64,000 bases of DNA, from NCBI GenBank assembly GCA_035369845.1, contig DAOOVD010000003.1:2244-66243 (forward strand), in the 5' to 3' direction. Below the pieces are notes generated by a model. The model was given only the letters and a program-made list of their open reading frames with translations, did no database searches and was not told the DNA's origin. This DNA comes from Bacillota bacterium (lineage in GTDB: Bacteria; Bacillota; Desulfotomaculia; Desulfotomaculales; Pelotomaculaceae). The first letter of the stretch is position 1, and every line of letters begins with the position of its first letter. Below, piece after piece: positions 16,933 through 26,082 of the stretch. The position numbers were made by a program, and so were the translations under genes.

Positions 16933-17316
16933 TCAGTTTCTTTGTTTTCGCGCTTTAGAATTCATGGTCTTGGCAAAGGTGTTGCGCCTGCTTTGACGCC
17001 ACTCCCCGCCGTTACCGCCGACTAGCTCCTCGGCAAGCTCGGCGGCTTCAGCGTTTATGTCGTACACAGGAGGATCGCTGACCTGCACCATGTCGCATTT
17101 TTGATGCGCGTGCAGTTTTTTGGCCCGGTAGTATTTTTTTGTCCAGTTAATAATTTCGTTACAATCAACGCCGATTTTTTCAGAAAATATCTGTACTGCC
17201 GGTTGCCCGTTGGAGTTATTTATTTTTTCTATAATCGCTGCTCTTTCTGAAGAATTGTTTATGTATCTGAGCGCCAGCTCGTTCAGCTCGCTTGTTGTCA
17301 TCGACCTCAGTGACAT
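16933..17316 (-). CDS. Hypothetical protein (127 aa)
   Basis: ORF overlapping the 3' end of the upstream gene by 10 nt; no motif recognised. Confidence 0.5.
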   Translation of the reverse strand: MSLRSMTTSELNELALRYINNSSERAAIIEKINNSNGQPAVQIFSEKIGVDCNEIINWTKKYYRAKKLHAHQKCDMVQVSDPPVYDINAEAAELAEELVGGNGGEWRQSRRNTFAKTMNSKARKQRN

Positions 17317-17690
17317 GCCGCACGCTCCTTATAGTCCTTTCTTAGCATTATCTCGACGTCTAAGCATTCTAAGAAGTATTTTTTATATAAAGCATCTTTT
17401 TTAATCCATGACGGTATTTGGTAATATTCGGGTTTTGGGCGATATCCGTTTCGTACTTTACAGCGGGCTACTTTTTCAATTTTTTCTCTTGTTGCTTTTG
17501 CAATACCCTTCGGGCAACTCGGAAGGTAAACTATATTCAGTTGTTGCAGCACTGTTTTTGCTTCTAAGCGCATGCGCCCGTCAGCGCCCGAATTCATCAT
17601 TTCTCTCATGGCGATTTCATTGAATATGCGCAATCCTTTTGTTTTGTGCTTGGGAATAAGCGCTGTTTTAGTTGAAACTTTCGAATACAT
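17307..17690 (-). CDS. Hypothetical protein (~127 aa from ATG 17690)
   Basis: The track ORF starts at TTG 17738, inside an 11-bp hairpin, so ATG 17690 is preferred. No motif recognised. Confidence 0.45.
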   Translation of the reverse strand: MYSKVSTKTALIPKHKTKGLRIFNEIAMREMMNSGADGRMRLEAKTVLQQLNIVYLPSCPKGIAKATREKIEKVARCKVRNGYRPKPEYYQIPSWIKKDALYKKYFLECLDVEIMLRKDYKERAACH

Positions 17691-17724
17691 ATTTATCCAA
17701 CACCAACTCCCCAAATATATTTTG

Positions 17725-17756
17725 CAGTTCCCCGGCAATTAAAAACCGGGGAACTG
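17725..17756. repeat. Perfect 11-bp stem hairpin at the edge of the ORF-free segment
   Basis: cagttccccgg - caattaaaaa - ccggggaactg. Confidence 0.85.
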
Positions 17757-18348
17757 TTTGATACTTTGACAAAACACAAAACGAATACAACTGTCGATTA
17801 CCTGCAGCCAGCCAGACGAATCGTCCTCCATAGCCTTCCTGTTAAGGGTAATTTAACTGCCGGTTTCTTTCTCTAAAATTCAGGCAGCAAATTGGCGTGC
17901 ACAGGAACAGCATTTCAGAGGGGGTGGTTATTTCCACCCTCACACTGCCGGCTGATGATTTTCGCACCATATTCGCTTGTCAGGACTGGAATGATTGGTT
18001 CCAATCCTTATCCCGGCTTGCCGCTGCATTTTGGTATTGTTCTTGACGGCGGTCAGCCAGGTAGCCCTCTTACGATAACGCCTGGCAATTTATACGTGTT
18101 GCCGCCACGCCGGTTTTTTAAATCCGAGCTTGCAGCAAAACTTTGGGTTCTGCTGCCGGGGGAATCCCTACCGGAAAAAGCTGCCCGCTTAAACTATAGA
18201 CGATTTTTGCGCACCCTCCGCGCACGCTGCGCAAAAATACGGTTTCCCGCGACCTCCTGGACAGAGGTTTCGCCCTGGAACCACCCGGGCTCTTTCAGGC
18301 GGGTAAAATTTTGTGCTGTGCAGGACTTTCACGAATTAAGAAGAATAT

Positions 18349-18588
18349 CTAATATTTAACCCGCTGGATTGGCTTTCGCGAATCGGCCGGATCGTTTGTC
18401 TTTTCCTTTAGAAGAAGTATGCGGGCCAAAATATCGACCGCTTCATCGTAATCTTTCTGCCAGCCAGGTTTAGGAATAAACTTATGGGTCACAGCATACG
18501 ATTTTGTCCTGCTGCTTTTGCAGAGCATTTTCTCAAACCTTTCTAAAAAACAGAATCTAAGATTCGAATAAAAAGCATCCTTTCTCAA
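18349..18588 (-). CDS. Hypothetical small protein (79 aa) coupled to the Cro-like gene
   Basis: 4-nt overlap with the upstream XRE gene; no motif recognised. Its position would suit an excisionase/RDF or an early gene, but that is speculation. Confidence 0.45.
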   Translation of the reverse strand: MRKDAFYSNLRFCFLERFEKMLCKSSRTKSYAVTHKFIPKPGWQKDYDEAVDILARILLLKEKTNDPADSRKPIQRVKY

Positions 18589-18842
18589 CTAAACTGCAGT
18601 ACGGCTTGTTCTATTTCGTCATTTATATGCGACATTTCGTTCGGTTTGAGGTCATAAAAAATCACATCCAAAGGTTCGCCGAATAATTCCTGTATTTTAA
18701 GGGCAATGTGCAGCTTCGGGGTCCTAATGCCGGTTTCGAACATGCCATAAAGCCTGTCCGATATACCGAGCTGTGCCGCAACTTCTTTCTGAGTCCATCT
18801 TCTTTCTTTGCGCAATTTTATCAGGTATTCTCTTTTTGCCAT
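18585..18842 (-). CDS. XRE-family HTH regulator (Cro-like, leftward)
   Basis: LRKERRWTQKEVAAQLGISDRLYGMFETGIRTP is an XRE HTH. ATG 18842 follows GGGGTGA. The track start at TTG 18860 is less likely. Confidence 0.8.
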   Translation of the reverse strand: MAKREYLIKLRKERRWTQKEVAAQLGISDRLYGMFETGIRTPKLHIALKIQELFGEPLDVIFYDLKPNEMSHINDEIEQAVLQFS

Positions 18843-19028
18843 ATACGTCACCCCTACCAATTTTAAGTTTATTTTAATTATACAGAACTAACTGTAGTTA
18901 GTCAACTAATTTAACTACATATTGTTCTTTTATATTTTTTATAATACCATAAAGATATTTCATATAAAACTTTAAACAAATAATCCTGTAATCAGATAAT
19001 CATTTTCTCTTAAGGAGAGGCGGAAAGT
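18843..19028. promoter_or_regulatory. Divergent promoter/operator region between the two XRE genes
   Basis: 186-bp AT-rich spacer. Inverted repeat ACTAACT-GT-AGTTAGT at 18887-18902, overlapping TTAGT-CA-ACTAA at 18898-18909, repeated AACTA motifs, and TATAAT at 18940-18945. Confidence 0.6.
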
Positions 19029-19433
19029 ATGGAATTAGAAAAAAGCCGGATGTTTGTAAAAAGGCTGAAACAGGAAAGAGAAATAAAGGGAATCACTCAA
19101 AAAGAATTAGGAGCATTGCTTGGGGTAACTGACCGAGCTGTTGGCCTCTGGGAAACAGGCAGGCGCATGCCCGATGCTGATATGCTTTTGAAGCTAGCCG
19201 AGATTTTTGATTGCACTGTTGATTATCTGCTCGGTGCTACGAATGAACGGAAATCTCGTACTGGCACTGATTTTGATCCTGAAATGGCTGAAATATTTAA
19301 TCGAGCTAAAAAATTAAGCCCAGAGGGGCGGGAATATTTCAAAAAAGCCGTTAAATGGATTTTTGAAGTCGATAAGGATAGGGAAGCATTGAAAAAATTA
19401 AAGGGAAAGGCAAAAAAAGATTTTATGAACTAG
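19029..19433 (+). CDS. XRE-family HTH repressor-like protein (ImmR/CI-like, rightward)
   Basis: KGITQKELGALLGVTDRAVGLWETGRRMPDADMLLKLAEIFDCTVDYLLG. AAGGAGAGG lies upstream of the ATG. Confidence 0.8.
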   Translation: MELEKSRMFVKRLKQEREIKGITQKELGALLGVTDRAVGLWETGRRMPDADMLLKLAEIFDCTVDYLLGATNERKSRTGTDFDPEMAEIFNRAKKLSPEGREYFKKAVKWIFEVDKDREALKKLKGKAKKDFMN

Positions 19434-19688
19434 TTATGCTTATATCCCTGTCCTCGAGGGGGGGGTGAGTATGTCTTCCATGCGTTACGTTACACGGACA
19501 GTTTTTTGTAAGTGGCCTCAGTTGAACGGGGCTGCCTGCTGGTTTTACCGGTAGAATCCTTCGATTTTGGTCGAACCAGGCTTCACATAATACAATTATT
19601 GTCTTCCTGTGACTATTATGGTAATATTAGCAATAGAACATTTGTTCTGTTCATTAAAACCAAAACCTTCAAGAAAGGAGCTGTACTG

Positions 19689-20510
19689 GTGGAATCAACC
19701 TATTCACCCGGAACCACAAAAGCGCAGGAGTTAATAACCCGCGTAAAGCCTTCATATCCGCTTGATATAGTGTGGCTTTTGGATAAACTCAACGAGTTTA
19801 AGATGAATAAGCAGGTCCAACTGGTACCCTGCGATTACTTGCCAGACAGCGTCAGCGCTTCCCTAATACAGCACCCCGGACTTAATTACCAGTATATTAT
19901 TTATAATTCCGCCCATAACATTGAAAGAAAAAGGTTCAGCGTAGCGCATGAGTTTGGCCACCTTGCCTTGGAGCATAAGGCCTACAGCATCGGCGACGAC
20001 GAAGATCCGGCAATAAAAAAAGAAGCGGACGACTTCGCGACAGAGCTCCTGATGCCTCGGTCAAAATTTACTTATGCTGCAGCCGTGAATTTCCACCTTG
20101 ATCCGATATCGCTCGCGATGAAACTGCGCGACAGGCGGCATTTCTGGACGTCGCTGGAAGCAACGTGCAGAAGACTGCTCGACCTCGGCCTGTTTACGGG
20201 AGCTTTTGTTTTGTATGACAGCAACAGGCGGTATTTCTTATACAATTCCGAAGATTTCGACCCCTGCGAAGATAGGGCGGAGATCATCAACAAGCTACTG
20301 AACGAATTTAAACATACTGCCAACCCGAAAAAATTTTCAACAAAAACTTCCGACCTCTTCTTTTTCGCCCGGAAATTCTCAAGCGGCCAAATACTTGTTG
20401 CCTTAACCCCAAAAGACTGCATCGGAAGCAGTTTATATTTTAAAATCGCAGAGCAAAGTGCCTTTTGGCCCGTTGCCGGAGAGGTTTGTATAGACGGCCA
20501 TAATCTCTGA
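19689..20510 (+). CDS. ImmA/IrrE-family metallopeptidase
   Basis: FSVAHEFGHLALEH (HExxH) with downstream ADDFATELLMP. Start placed at GTG 19689, 8 nt after AAAGGAG. The track ORF starts at 19512. Confidence 0.75.
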   Translation: MESTYSPGTTKAQELITRVKPSYPLDIVWLLDKLNEFKMNKQVQLVPCDYLPDSVSASLIQHPGLNYQYIIYNSAHNIERKRFSVAHEFGHLALEHKAYSIGDDEDPAIKKEADDFATELLMPRSKFTYAAAVNFHLDPISLAMKLRDRRHFWTSLEATCRRLLDLGLFTGAFVLYDSNRRYFLYNSEDFDPCEDRAEIINKLLNEFKHTANPKKFSTKTSDLFFFARKFSSGQILVALTPKDCIGSSLYFKIAEQSAFWPVAGEVCIDGHNL

Positions 20511-20520
20511 GGTGATCAAA

Positions 20521-22419
20521 ATGACGAACTCGCAATTTATTGCGCTATACGCAAGGGTTTCTACTGAAGAGCAAACCGAGAATTTCAGCATACCGGCGCA
20601 GATGGAGCTTTTGAGAAGCTACTGCCGCAGCATGAATTATACGATATACAGCGAATACATTGACGCCGGCTATTCCGGCACAACACAGGATCGGCCCGAA
20701 CTTCAGCGCCTGTTGAGGGACGCTGAACAGGGAAAGTTTCAGGTAATTCTCGTCTACCGGATTGACCGTTTCTTCCGAAGCGTTAAGGATCTCCTCTTCA
20801 TTGTCGATTACCTCGACAGCATCGGAGTTTCTTTTCGTTCGGTTACCGAGCCCTTCGATACGATGAACCCAATCGGAAAATTCATGCTTTCCCTGCTTGG
20901 TTCAATAGCTCAGCTCGAACGGGATACTTTCATAGAACGGTCCAGGATGGGTAAAATGAGACGCGCGGAAGAGGGTTATGTCGTGCTCACCCACCCTCCT
21001 TTCGGCTACGACTATATAATACCTGAAAGAAAAACCGGCGATGACGGCAAGAAACAGAAGAATGGCAAAAGGGGCTATCTGGTTATAAATGACGAAGAAG
21101 CGGAAACAGTTGGCCTCATATTTAAAGAGTACATAAAACCAGACAGCAGCACGTACTCAGTAGCTGAATTGTTGACAAAATTAGGCAAAAGAACCAAACG
21201 TAACGGAAAGTGGACAGGAGAAAGGGTCTACGCCGTATTGACCGACACCTGCTATGTCGGAGAATGGCTTTACAAGGGAATCAAGGTGCAGATACCCAGT
21301 ATCATCGACCGTGAAACCTTTGATAAGGCTCAAAATCTGTTAAAAGAGCGGAGAAACATGATCCACAGGAAGACGCCCAGACAGTACCTCCTGCGCGGTT
21401 TGCTCAGGTGCGGATACTGCGGCTCTCATATGGGAGGGACCACTGAAGTAGCGAAACACAGGAAAAACGGGAAAAAATACGGGGAACCTTATGGCGAAAC
21501 CCATTACTACAGATGCCACAAGAACATTATGTCCTCAAGAAACAAAAGAGCCGACCGCTGTGATGCTCCCTGGATAAGGGGAGAAGAACTGGAACGGCAT
21601 GTGCTTTCCTATCTTGCCTTGACACTTTCTAACTCTGAAAGGCTTCAAGAAGCTATAAATTCTCACAACAATTCAACAGGCGCCAAAAGGGCAGAACTGG
21701 AGAACAAAATAAAAGATCTTAACAAAAAACTAATGAAACTTTTAAATGAAAAAGAAAGAATATTGCAAGCTTACAGGGAAGGCGTAATTGAAATATCCGA
21801 CCTTAAAAAGGAAATCGACCTGGTAAAAGAGAAACAGACCTCACTCGAACAGAATATTGAAGAACTCAGGTTATATTTAAACCTGGAAAACGAAAGGATT
21901 AATAACATCAATAACCTTGCCGAAAAATACAAAAACCTGAATTTGGAAAATATATTAAACGCTCCATTTAACGAAAAAAGAGATCTTCTTATGAAACTTG
22001 TTTCAAACATTTGGGTAAAGAGCAGGGACAACCCGATTAAAGTTAACATCGAATGTATAATACCAGAACTGGACCACCCACTTGACGAGCGTGCAGGTAC
22101 TACAACACCGCTTGCGTTACATGCACGAGACCCGTCTCGGAAAAAGCTCGCCTGGTGTCTCTGTCAATGGGTCCCTGTATGCCGAATACGATGCCGTTCA
22201 CAATCCGGGCCCAGGCAGGCGGAAGGCCGGCCGCCGCACCGGCCGCAAGCCTCTGTTTCAGCGTCAGGACGGCTTTCAACAGGGGGTTGGCCGAATATTC
22301 GCCGGTTCTTTCAACCGCTCCCCGTCCACGGCAAAAAAGCGTCACTTTTATCCCCTGGCGCTCCAGGTAGGTCCTGTAGTCAAACAAGCCGGGGTTGCCG
22401 GAGGATGCGGGCCGGCTGA
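20521..22419 (+). CDS. Large serine recombinase (integrase); the ORF has no stop inside the element and reads on into antisense comEC
   Basis: ALYARVSTEEQ catalytic Ser region, VYRIDRFFRS, recombinase domain, zinc ribbon CGYCGSHM..YYRCHK, and a coiled coil. Recombinase-like sequence ends near aa ~530 (about 22110). The last ~100 aa are Arg/Pro/Gly-rich antisense-derived sequence. Confidence 0.85.
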   Translation: MTNSQFIALYARVSTEEQTENFSIPAQMELLRSYCRSMNYTIYSEYIDAGYSGTTQDRPELQRLLRDAEQGKFQVILVYRIDRFFRSVKDLLFIVDYLDSIGVSFRSVTEPFDTMNPIGKFMLSLLGSIAQLERDTFIERSRMGKMRRAEEGYVVLTHPPFGYDYIIPERKTGDDGKKQKNGKRGYLVINDEEAETVGLIFKEYIKPDSSTYSVAELLTKLGKRTKRNGKWTGERVYAVLTDTCYVGEWLYKGIKVQIPSIIDRETFDKAQNLLKERRNMIHRKTPRQYLLRGLLRCGYCGSHMGGTTEVAKHRKNGKKYGEPYGETHYYRCHKNIMSSRNKRADRCDAPWIRGEELERHVLSYLALTLSNSERLQEAINSHNNSTGAKRAELENKIKDLNKKLMKLLNEKERILQAYREGVIEISDLKKEIDLVKEKQTSLEQNIEELRLYLNLENERINNINNLAEKYKNLNLENILNAPFNEKRDLLMKLVSNIWVKSRDNPIKVNIECIIPELDHPLDERAGTTTPLALHARDPSRKKLAWCLCQWVPVCRIRCRSQSGPRQAEGRPPHRPQASVSASGRLSTGGWPNIRRFFQPLPVHGKKASLLSPGAPGRSCSQTSRGCRRMRAG

Positions 22420-22861
22420 TAAGTCCCGTCGCCCTCAGCATATCGCCGTAGCCGCGCACCTGCTCCGGATCTTTCTCCACAAGCCTGACGGTTCCGGAAA
22501 TCTCCCGCCGCTCCCCGCCGGCGGAAACTTCCCGCGCCTTCACCAGATAAAACACCCTGTCTTCGCGCACGTCCGGCTCCGCGGCCACCCAGCCGGTGAC
22601 GGTGACCCGCCTGCCTTCGTAGTCCAGCAGCGCCGTCTCACTCCCCGCGAGCCAGAGGCGGCTTGCGGCCAGGCCCGTCAACACAAAGAGAACAACGATG
22701 ACAAGCCGGCCGCCCCGCCATCCCCGGACGTACCAGACCAGAGCCGCCAAAAAGCAAAAAGCCGCCAGGGCCAAAGCCGTGGAAGCCTTTATCACTGCAA
22801 AACCGCCGATTAATATGCCGGCCGCATACGACACCGTCAACACGACCAGGGGCCTGTTCAT
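22100..22861 (-). pseudogene. comEC: comEC 5' fragment (N-terminal membrane/DUF4131-like region), interrupted by the element
   Basis: N-terminal TM helices, OB-like region and RRAFSETGLVHV, where ComEC proteins normally continue ..H(L/V)LAISGLH.. Here the frame ends TQAVL-stop at the GC/AT composition break. Confidence 0.75.
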
Positions 22862-22894
22862 GAAGCCCTCCCGTTAGAGGATTGGTGTTCTTGC

Positions 22895-23596
22895 TCAAGC
22901 GGTGAAATTAACCTTGTTTTTAAGCACTTTCCTTACATAGTCTCTGGTTTCCCGGTAGTTGGGTATCCCGCCCGCCCTGTCGACCGCGCCGGGACCGGCG
23001 TTATAAGCGGCAAGAGCCAGGCTGACGTCGCCGCCGTACCGGTCGAGCATCTGTTTCAAATAACGGGTCCCCCCGTCGATATTCTGGGCCGGGTCGTAAG
23101 GGTTTTTCACTCCCAGCGAAGCCGCCGTTTCCGGCATCAACTGCATCAGACCCATCGCCCCCGCAGGCGACGTGGCCCCCGGGTTGAAACTGGATTCGGC
23201 CCGAATCACCGATTTCACCAGGTCCGGGTCCACTCCGTATTTCTCAGCCGTACTCTCGATCAGTTTCTCGAGACCGGAAACACCAACCCCGGCCGTCCTC
23301 CCGCCGGCGGCTCCGGGACTGCGGGCGCCGGGCGCACGTCCCCCGGCGCTTCCCTCAGCCCGTGACACCGCACGTGTTCCGCTTTTACGTTTCTCCGCCG
23401 CGCCGGCGCCTGCGGACGGCGACTTGAAATCGGTTCCGGCCAGGGCGAGGAAGAGAAAAACCGAAAAAAGATCATCGAGTCCGCGCCGGCCGTCCTCCCT
23501 GCCCGCTTCCATCGCGCTTGTCGCACAGTCCAGCATCAGTATTCTGATCAGCGGATTGATATCCATTGTAAATCTCCTAAAAAAATCCTTCTCCAA
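22895..23596 (-). CDS. Lytic transglycosylase (SLT domain) protein
   Basis: [39 protein letters not shown]. Confidence 0.85.
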   Translation of the reverse strand: MEKDFFRRFTMDINPLIRILMLDCATSAMEAGREDGRRGLDDLFSVFLFLALAGTDFKSPSAGAGAAEKRKSGTRAVSRAEGSAGGRAPGARSPGAAGGRTAGVGVSGLEKLIESTAEKYGVDPDLVKSVIRAESSFNPGATSPAGAMGLMQLMPETAASLGVKNPYDPAQNIDGGTRYLKQMLDRYGGDVSLALAAYNAGPGAVDRAGGIPNYRETRDYVRKVLKNKVNFTA

Positions 23597-23725
23597 AAAT
23601 ACTTATCGCCCGTTATTCAGAAAACCTTTAGCTCTCCCGAATATTTTCCTTTCTTTTCGAAGGCCGGGCGCCTTGCGCCGGAACAGCCTCCCAAAGCTTG
23701 CTTTTCTGAAAAAATCAACCGCTGT

Positions 23726-24505
23726 TTACCCGTTTCTTTCCCGCACCTTCCTCCACTCTTCCCTTTCCAGGAAGCTGCCCTCGACGTTGGACTCCATTTC
23801 CAAAAACATCTTGTAGGGCACCGTAAAGGAGAGGATGTCTCTGTCCACATGCTTTCTGGCTGAAATGTCCGTAAGGCCGATAATGGCCCTCGGGTTTTCC
23901 GCCGCTTCTTCCCTGTAGGGAATGATGCAAATGGAATGGCAGCCCGCCCCAAACGGGACGACTACGTTTTCGTTCGTCTCCCGGGAATAATTCGCCAGAA
24001 CCACCAGCGCGGAAAGCTGGTCGGGATTTGCCAGGAAAACGACGACCTTCGGGGTTTCGCCGCCGGAAAGCCGCTCCAGCGGTTTGAACACCACATACTC
24101 AGCCGGCACGTCCACAACCGGCAGCGCGTCGATAAACTTTTTGGCCAGTTCGGGATTCTTTACATAGCCCTCCCCGTGCTCTATGGCCGGCATGTTCCTC
24201 ACCATGTTCCGTCCCGCATCCGTTTTGCAGAATTCCTTGTTGCCGGTGGAGATAAAGTATTCTATACCCGCGGGGAAATTCACGTACTGGTTGCCGAAAC
24301 CCAAACCCGTACCGCCGCCCAGACAGCCGAAGGTCTTTCTGTCAAATACCGCCGTCCTTCCTTTGGCAGCCGCACTGAGCATGGAAACAACGCAGCCCCA
24401 CCGTCCTTCCACAAACTGAAGGGCTTGTTCGGGCTTTTTGTCGGTCAGAATTACCGCAACGGGAGAATACTTCATTCCGACAACCCTGGCGATTTTGCTT
24501 TCCAT
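23726..24505 (-). CDS. DUF169-family protein
   Basis: MESKIARVVGMKYSPVAVILTDKKPE..FGCLGGGTGLGFG is the pattern typical of DUF169 (COG2043). ATG 24505 is preferred over the GTG at 24562. Confidence 0.65.
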   Translation of the reverse strand: MESKIARVVGMKYSPVAVILTDKKPEQALQFVEGRWGCVVSMLSAAAKGRTAVFDRKTFGCLGGGTGLGFGNQYVNFPAGIEYFISTGNKEFCKTDAGRNMVRNMPAIEHGEGYVKNPELAKKFIDALPVVDVPAEYVVFKPLERLSGGETPKVVVFLANPDQLSALVVLANYSRETNENVVVPFGAGCHSICIIPYREEAAENPRAIIGLTDISARKHVDRDILSFTVPYKMFLEMESNVEGSFLEREEWRKVRERNG

Positions 24506-24818
24506 AAAGCCAAACCCCCCGACATTGAATTTTTTTGGACGATTCCCGCAATATTTATTCACCGGGGATATTCAAAAAACCTTCCAGCAAGACAAAATCG
24601 CCAAACCCACAATGAGTTTGGCGCCGGGAAGCCGGGCACGGCCCTTCTGCGGCAGCAAATACAGAAGGGCTCTGCTTTCCAAAAAACAAAACAATACAGT
24701 CTCACAAAAGATTTCTTTAAGGAAGGGTTATTTCTTCCCGGCTTCCCCAAAACAATCCGGCAATGCAGATTTCAAACCCTGTCTTTTAAGAATATTTAAA
24801 AAATATTGAACGCGATTT

Positions 24819-25100
24819 TTACTTTACGGAGTCTTTCAAGTTTTTACCTGCTTTAAACACCGGTATCTTGGCCGCGGGGATCGTGATCTCTTTGCCGTTC
24901 TGCGGGTTTCTCCCCTTGCGGGCCGCTCTTTCCCTCACTTCAAAGGTCCCGAAACCGACCAACTGAACTTTATCCCCTTTGGCGAGGGCGTCCTGAATAC
25001 TGGATAATACCGCTCCCACGGCCTTTTCAGAGAGTTTTCTGGTAAAATCGGTTTTTGCTGCCACACTTAAAACGAGGTCATTCTTGTTCACTTTTTCCAA
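24819..25100 (-). CDS. hup: DNA-binding protein HU
   Basis: [49 protein letters not shown]. Confidence 0.9.
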   Translation of the reverse strand: MEKVNKNDLVLSVAAKTDFTRKLSEKAVGAVLSSIQDALAKGDKVQLVGFGTFEVRERAARKGRNPQNGKEITIPAAKIPVFKAGKNLKDSVK

Positions 25101-25216
25101 ACCTCCTGTATTTATTTATAATACTATTATTTACCTTAATGTTGCTGATTCCTGCTTGCAAAATCGAAAAAAATGGAAATTTCAACAAATTTTTTATTTC
25201 GGGGTTTACGGCAAAG

Positions 25217-25606
25217 TCAGGCTTTTTCATCCGGCCGCCTGCAGTAGCGTACCAGGTGGTATCCTTTCCCGCCGTTGACAAATCCGTATCGCTTGTACCA
25301 TTCCACGAGCTGTTTTTCGCTCAGGGCTCCGCCGGAGTGCACGCAGGCGTACAGATCTATGCCGTGCCTGTCAAGGTACCCGGTCAATTTTTTCAAAACC
25401 AGCGACCCGTATCCTTTCGACCTGTGTTCCCCGGAAACATCTATCCCCTGAAAAACCCATACGCCGCCCGCGGTTCTGATGCGGGCCGAGGCGAGAACCT
25501 CCCCGCTCCGGCAAAGGCAGACGACGCATGATTTGCATATGCTGTTTGTTTCTTCTATTATCAGAAAACCGTCTTCCCTGTAAGAGTTTTTGCTCACGGC
25601 AGGCAC
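25217..25606 (-). CDS. GNAT-family N-acetyltransferase
   Basis: VSGEHRSKGYGSLVLKKLTGYLDRHG is a GNAT motif A-like region. Confidence 0.6.
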   Translation of the reverse strand: MPAVSKNSYREDGFLIIEETNSICKSCVVCLCRSGEVLASARIRTAGGVWVFQGIDVSGEHRSKGYGSLVLKKLTGYLDRHGIDLYACVHSGGALSEKQLVEWYKRYGFVNGGKGYHLVRYCRRPDEKA

Positions 25607-25794
25607 GCTTCCCTCAACAGGTTTTGACTGTATATTTTCATGCCGTCCGGTATTATCCCTGCCCTCCGTTCATATTTATTTTTCAGAAAAAAAGAAAGAC
25701 CCGGCCGACTGCGCAAGGACTTTCTGGAAACGCATCGAAATTACCATATAAACAGTAACGGCTCCTTTCAAAATACACCGGAGGTGTTCGTATC

Positions 25795-25956
25795 ATGGAA
25801 GCTGAGGAGAAAAACAAGCTGAACGGCACTGCCTGCTGCGACTGCGGCGGCCGGAGAAAACACCTGCACAGCACGGAAGACGAGGAGTATGTTTACGAAT
25901 TTTACAAATGCAAAGAATGCGGCGACATAATCGACGTCGGCGTCCCGAAACGTTAG
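25795..25956 (+). CDS. Possible 53-aa zinc-ribbon mini-protein (below the ORF-track size cutoff)
   Basis: My own translation: MEAEEKNKLNGTACCDCGGRRKHLHSTEDEEYVYEFYKCKECGDIIDVGVPKR. GGAGGTG lies 7 nt upstream of the ATG. It has CxxC...CxxC spacing. Confidence 0.45.
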   Translation: MEAEEKNKLNGTACCDCGGRRKHLHSTEDEEYVYEFYKCKECGDIIDVGVPKR

Positions 25957-26082
25957 GCAGGCGCCTTTCCAAAATTTTTTAAATCTGAATAGCTGCTGCC
26001 GTAATGCACGCGCCATGCCAGTCCAGGTTACGAATCCCGCAAAATATAGGGATTTATTTTTATCTCCCGTGGAGGAATTTTT

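Larger units (their letters stand above)
1..22115. mobile_element. Right-hand ~22 kb of an integrated element (prophage, satellite or integrative-plasmid-like) inserted in comEC; the left end lies outside the window
   Basis: GC is visibly lower and gene content differs from 22.1-64 kb. A large serine recombinase sits at the right edge. Also present: XRE/XRE/ImmA switch, iteron origin, Rep candidate, helicases, HNH and ParB-fold genes. The comEC frame breaks at about 22100-22120. Confidence 0.8.

Noticed and set aside
17892-18359. 155-aa plus-strand ORF in the ORF-free segment of the element
   Set aside because: It has no RBS, runs opposite to all neighbouring genes, and has a biased non-protein-like composition. 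The region is treated as non-coding and reported as a finding instead.
22082-22813. 243-aa plus-strand ORF; the same applies to the distal part of the integrase frame
   Set aside because: It is antisense to the comEC fragment and Arg/Pro/Gly-rich. It is an artefact of GC-rich coding sequence on the other strand.
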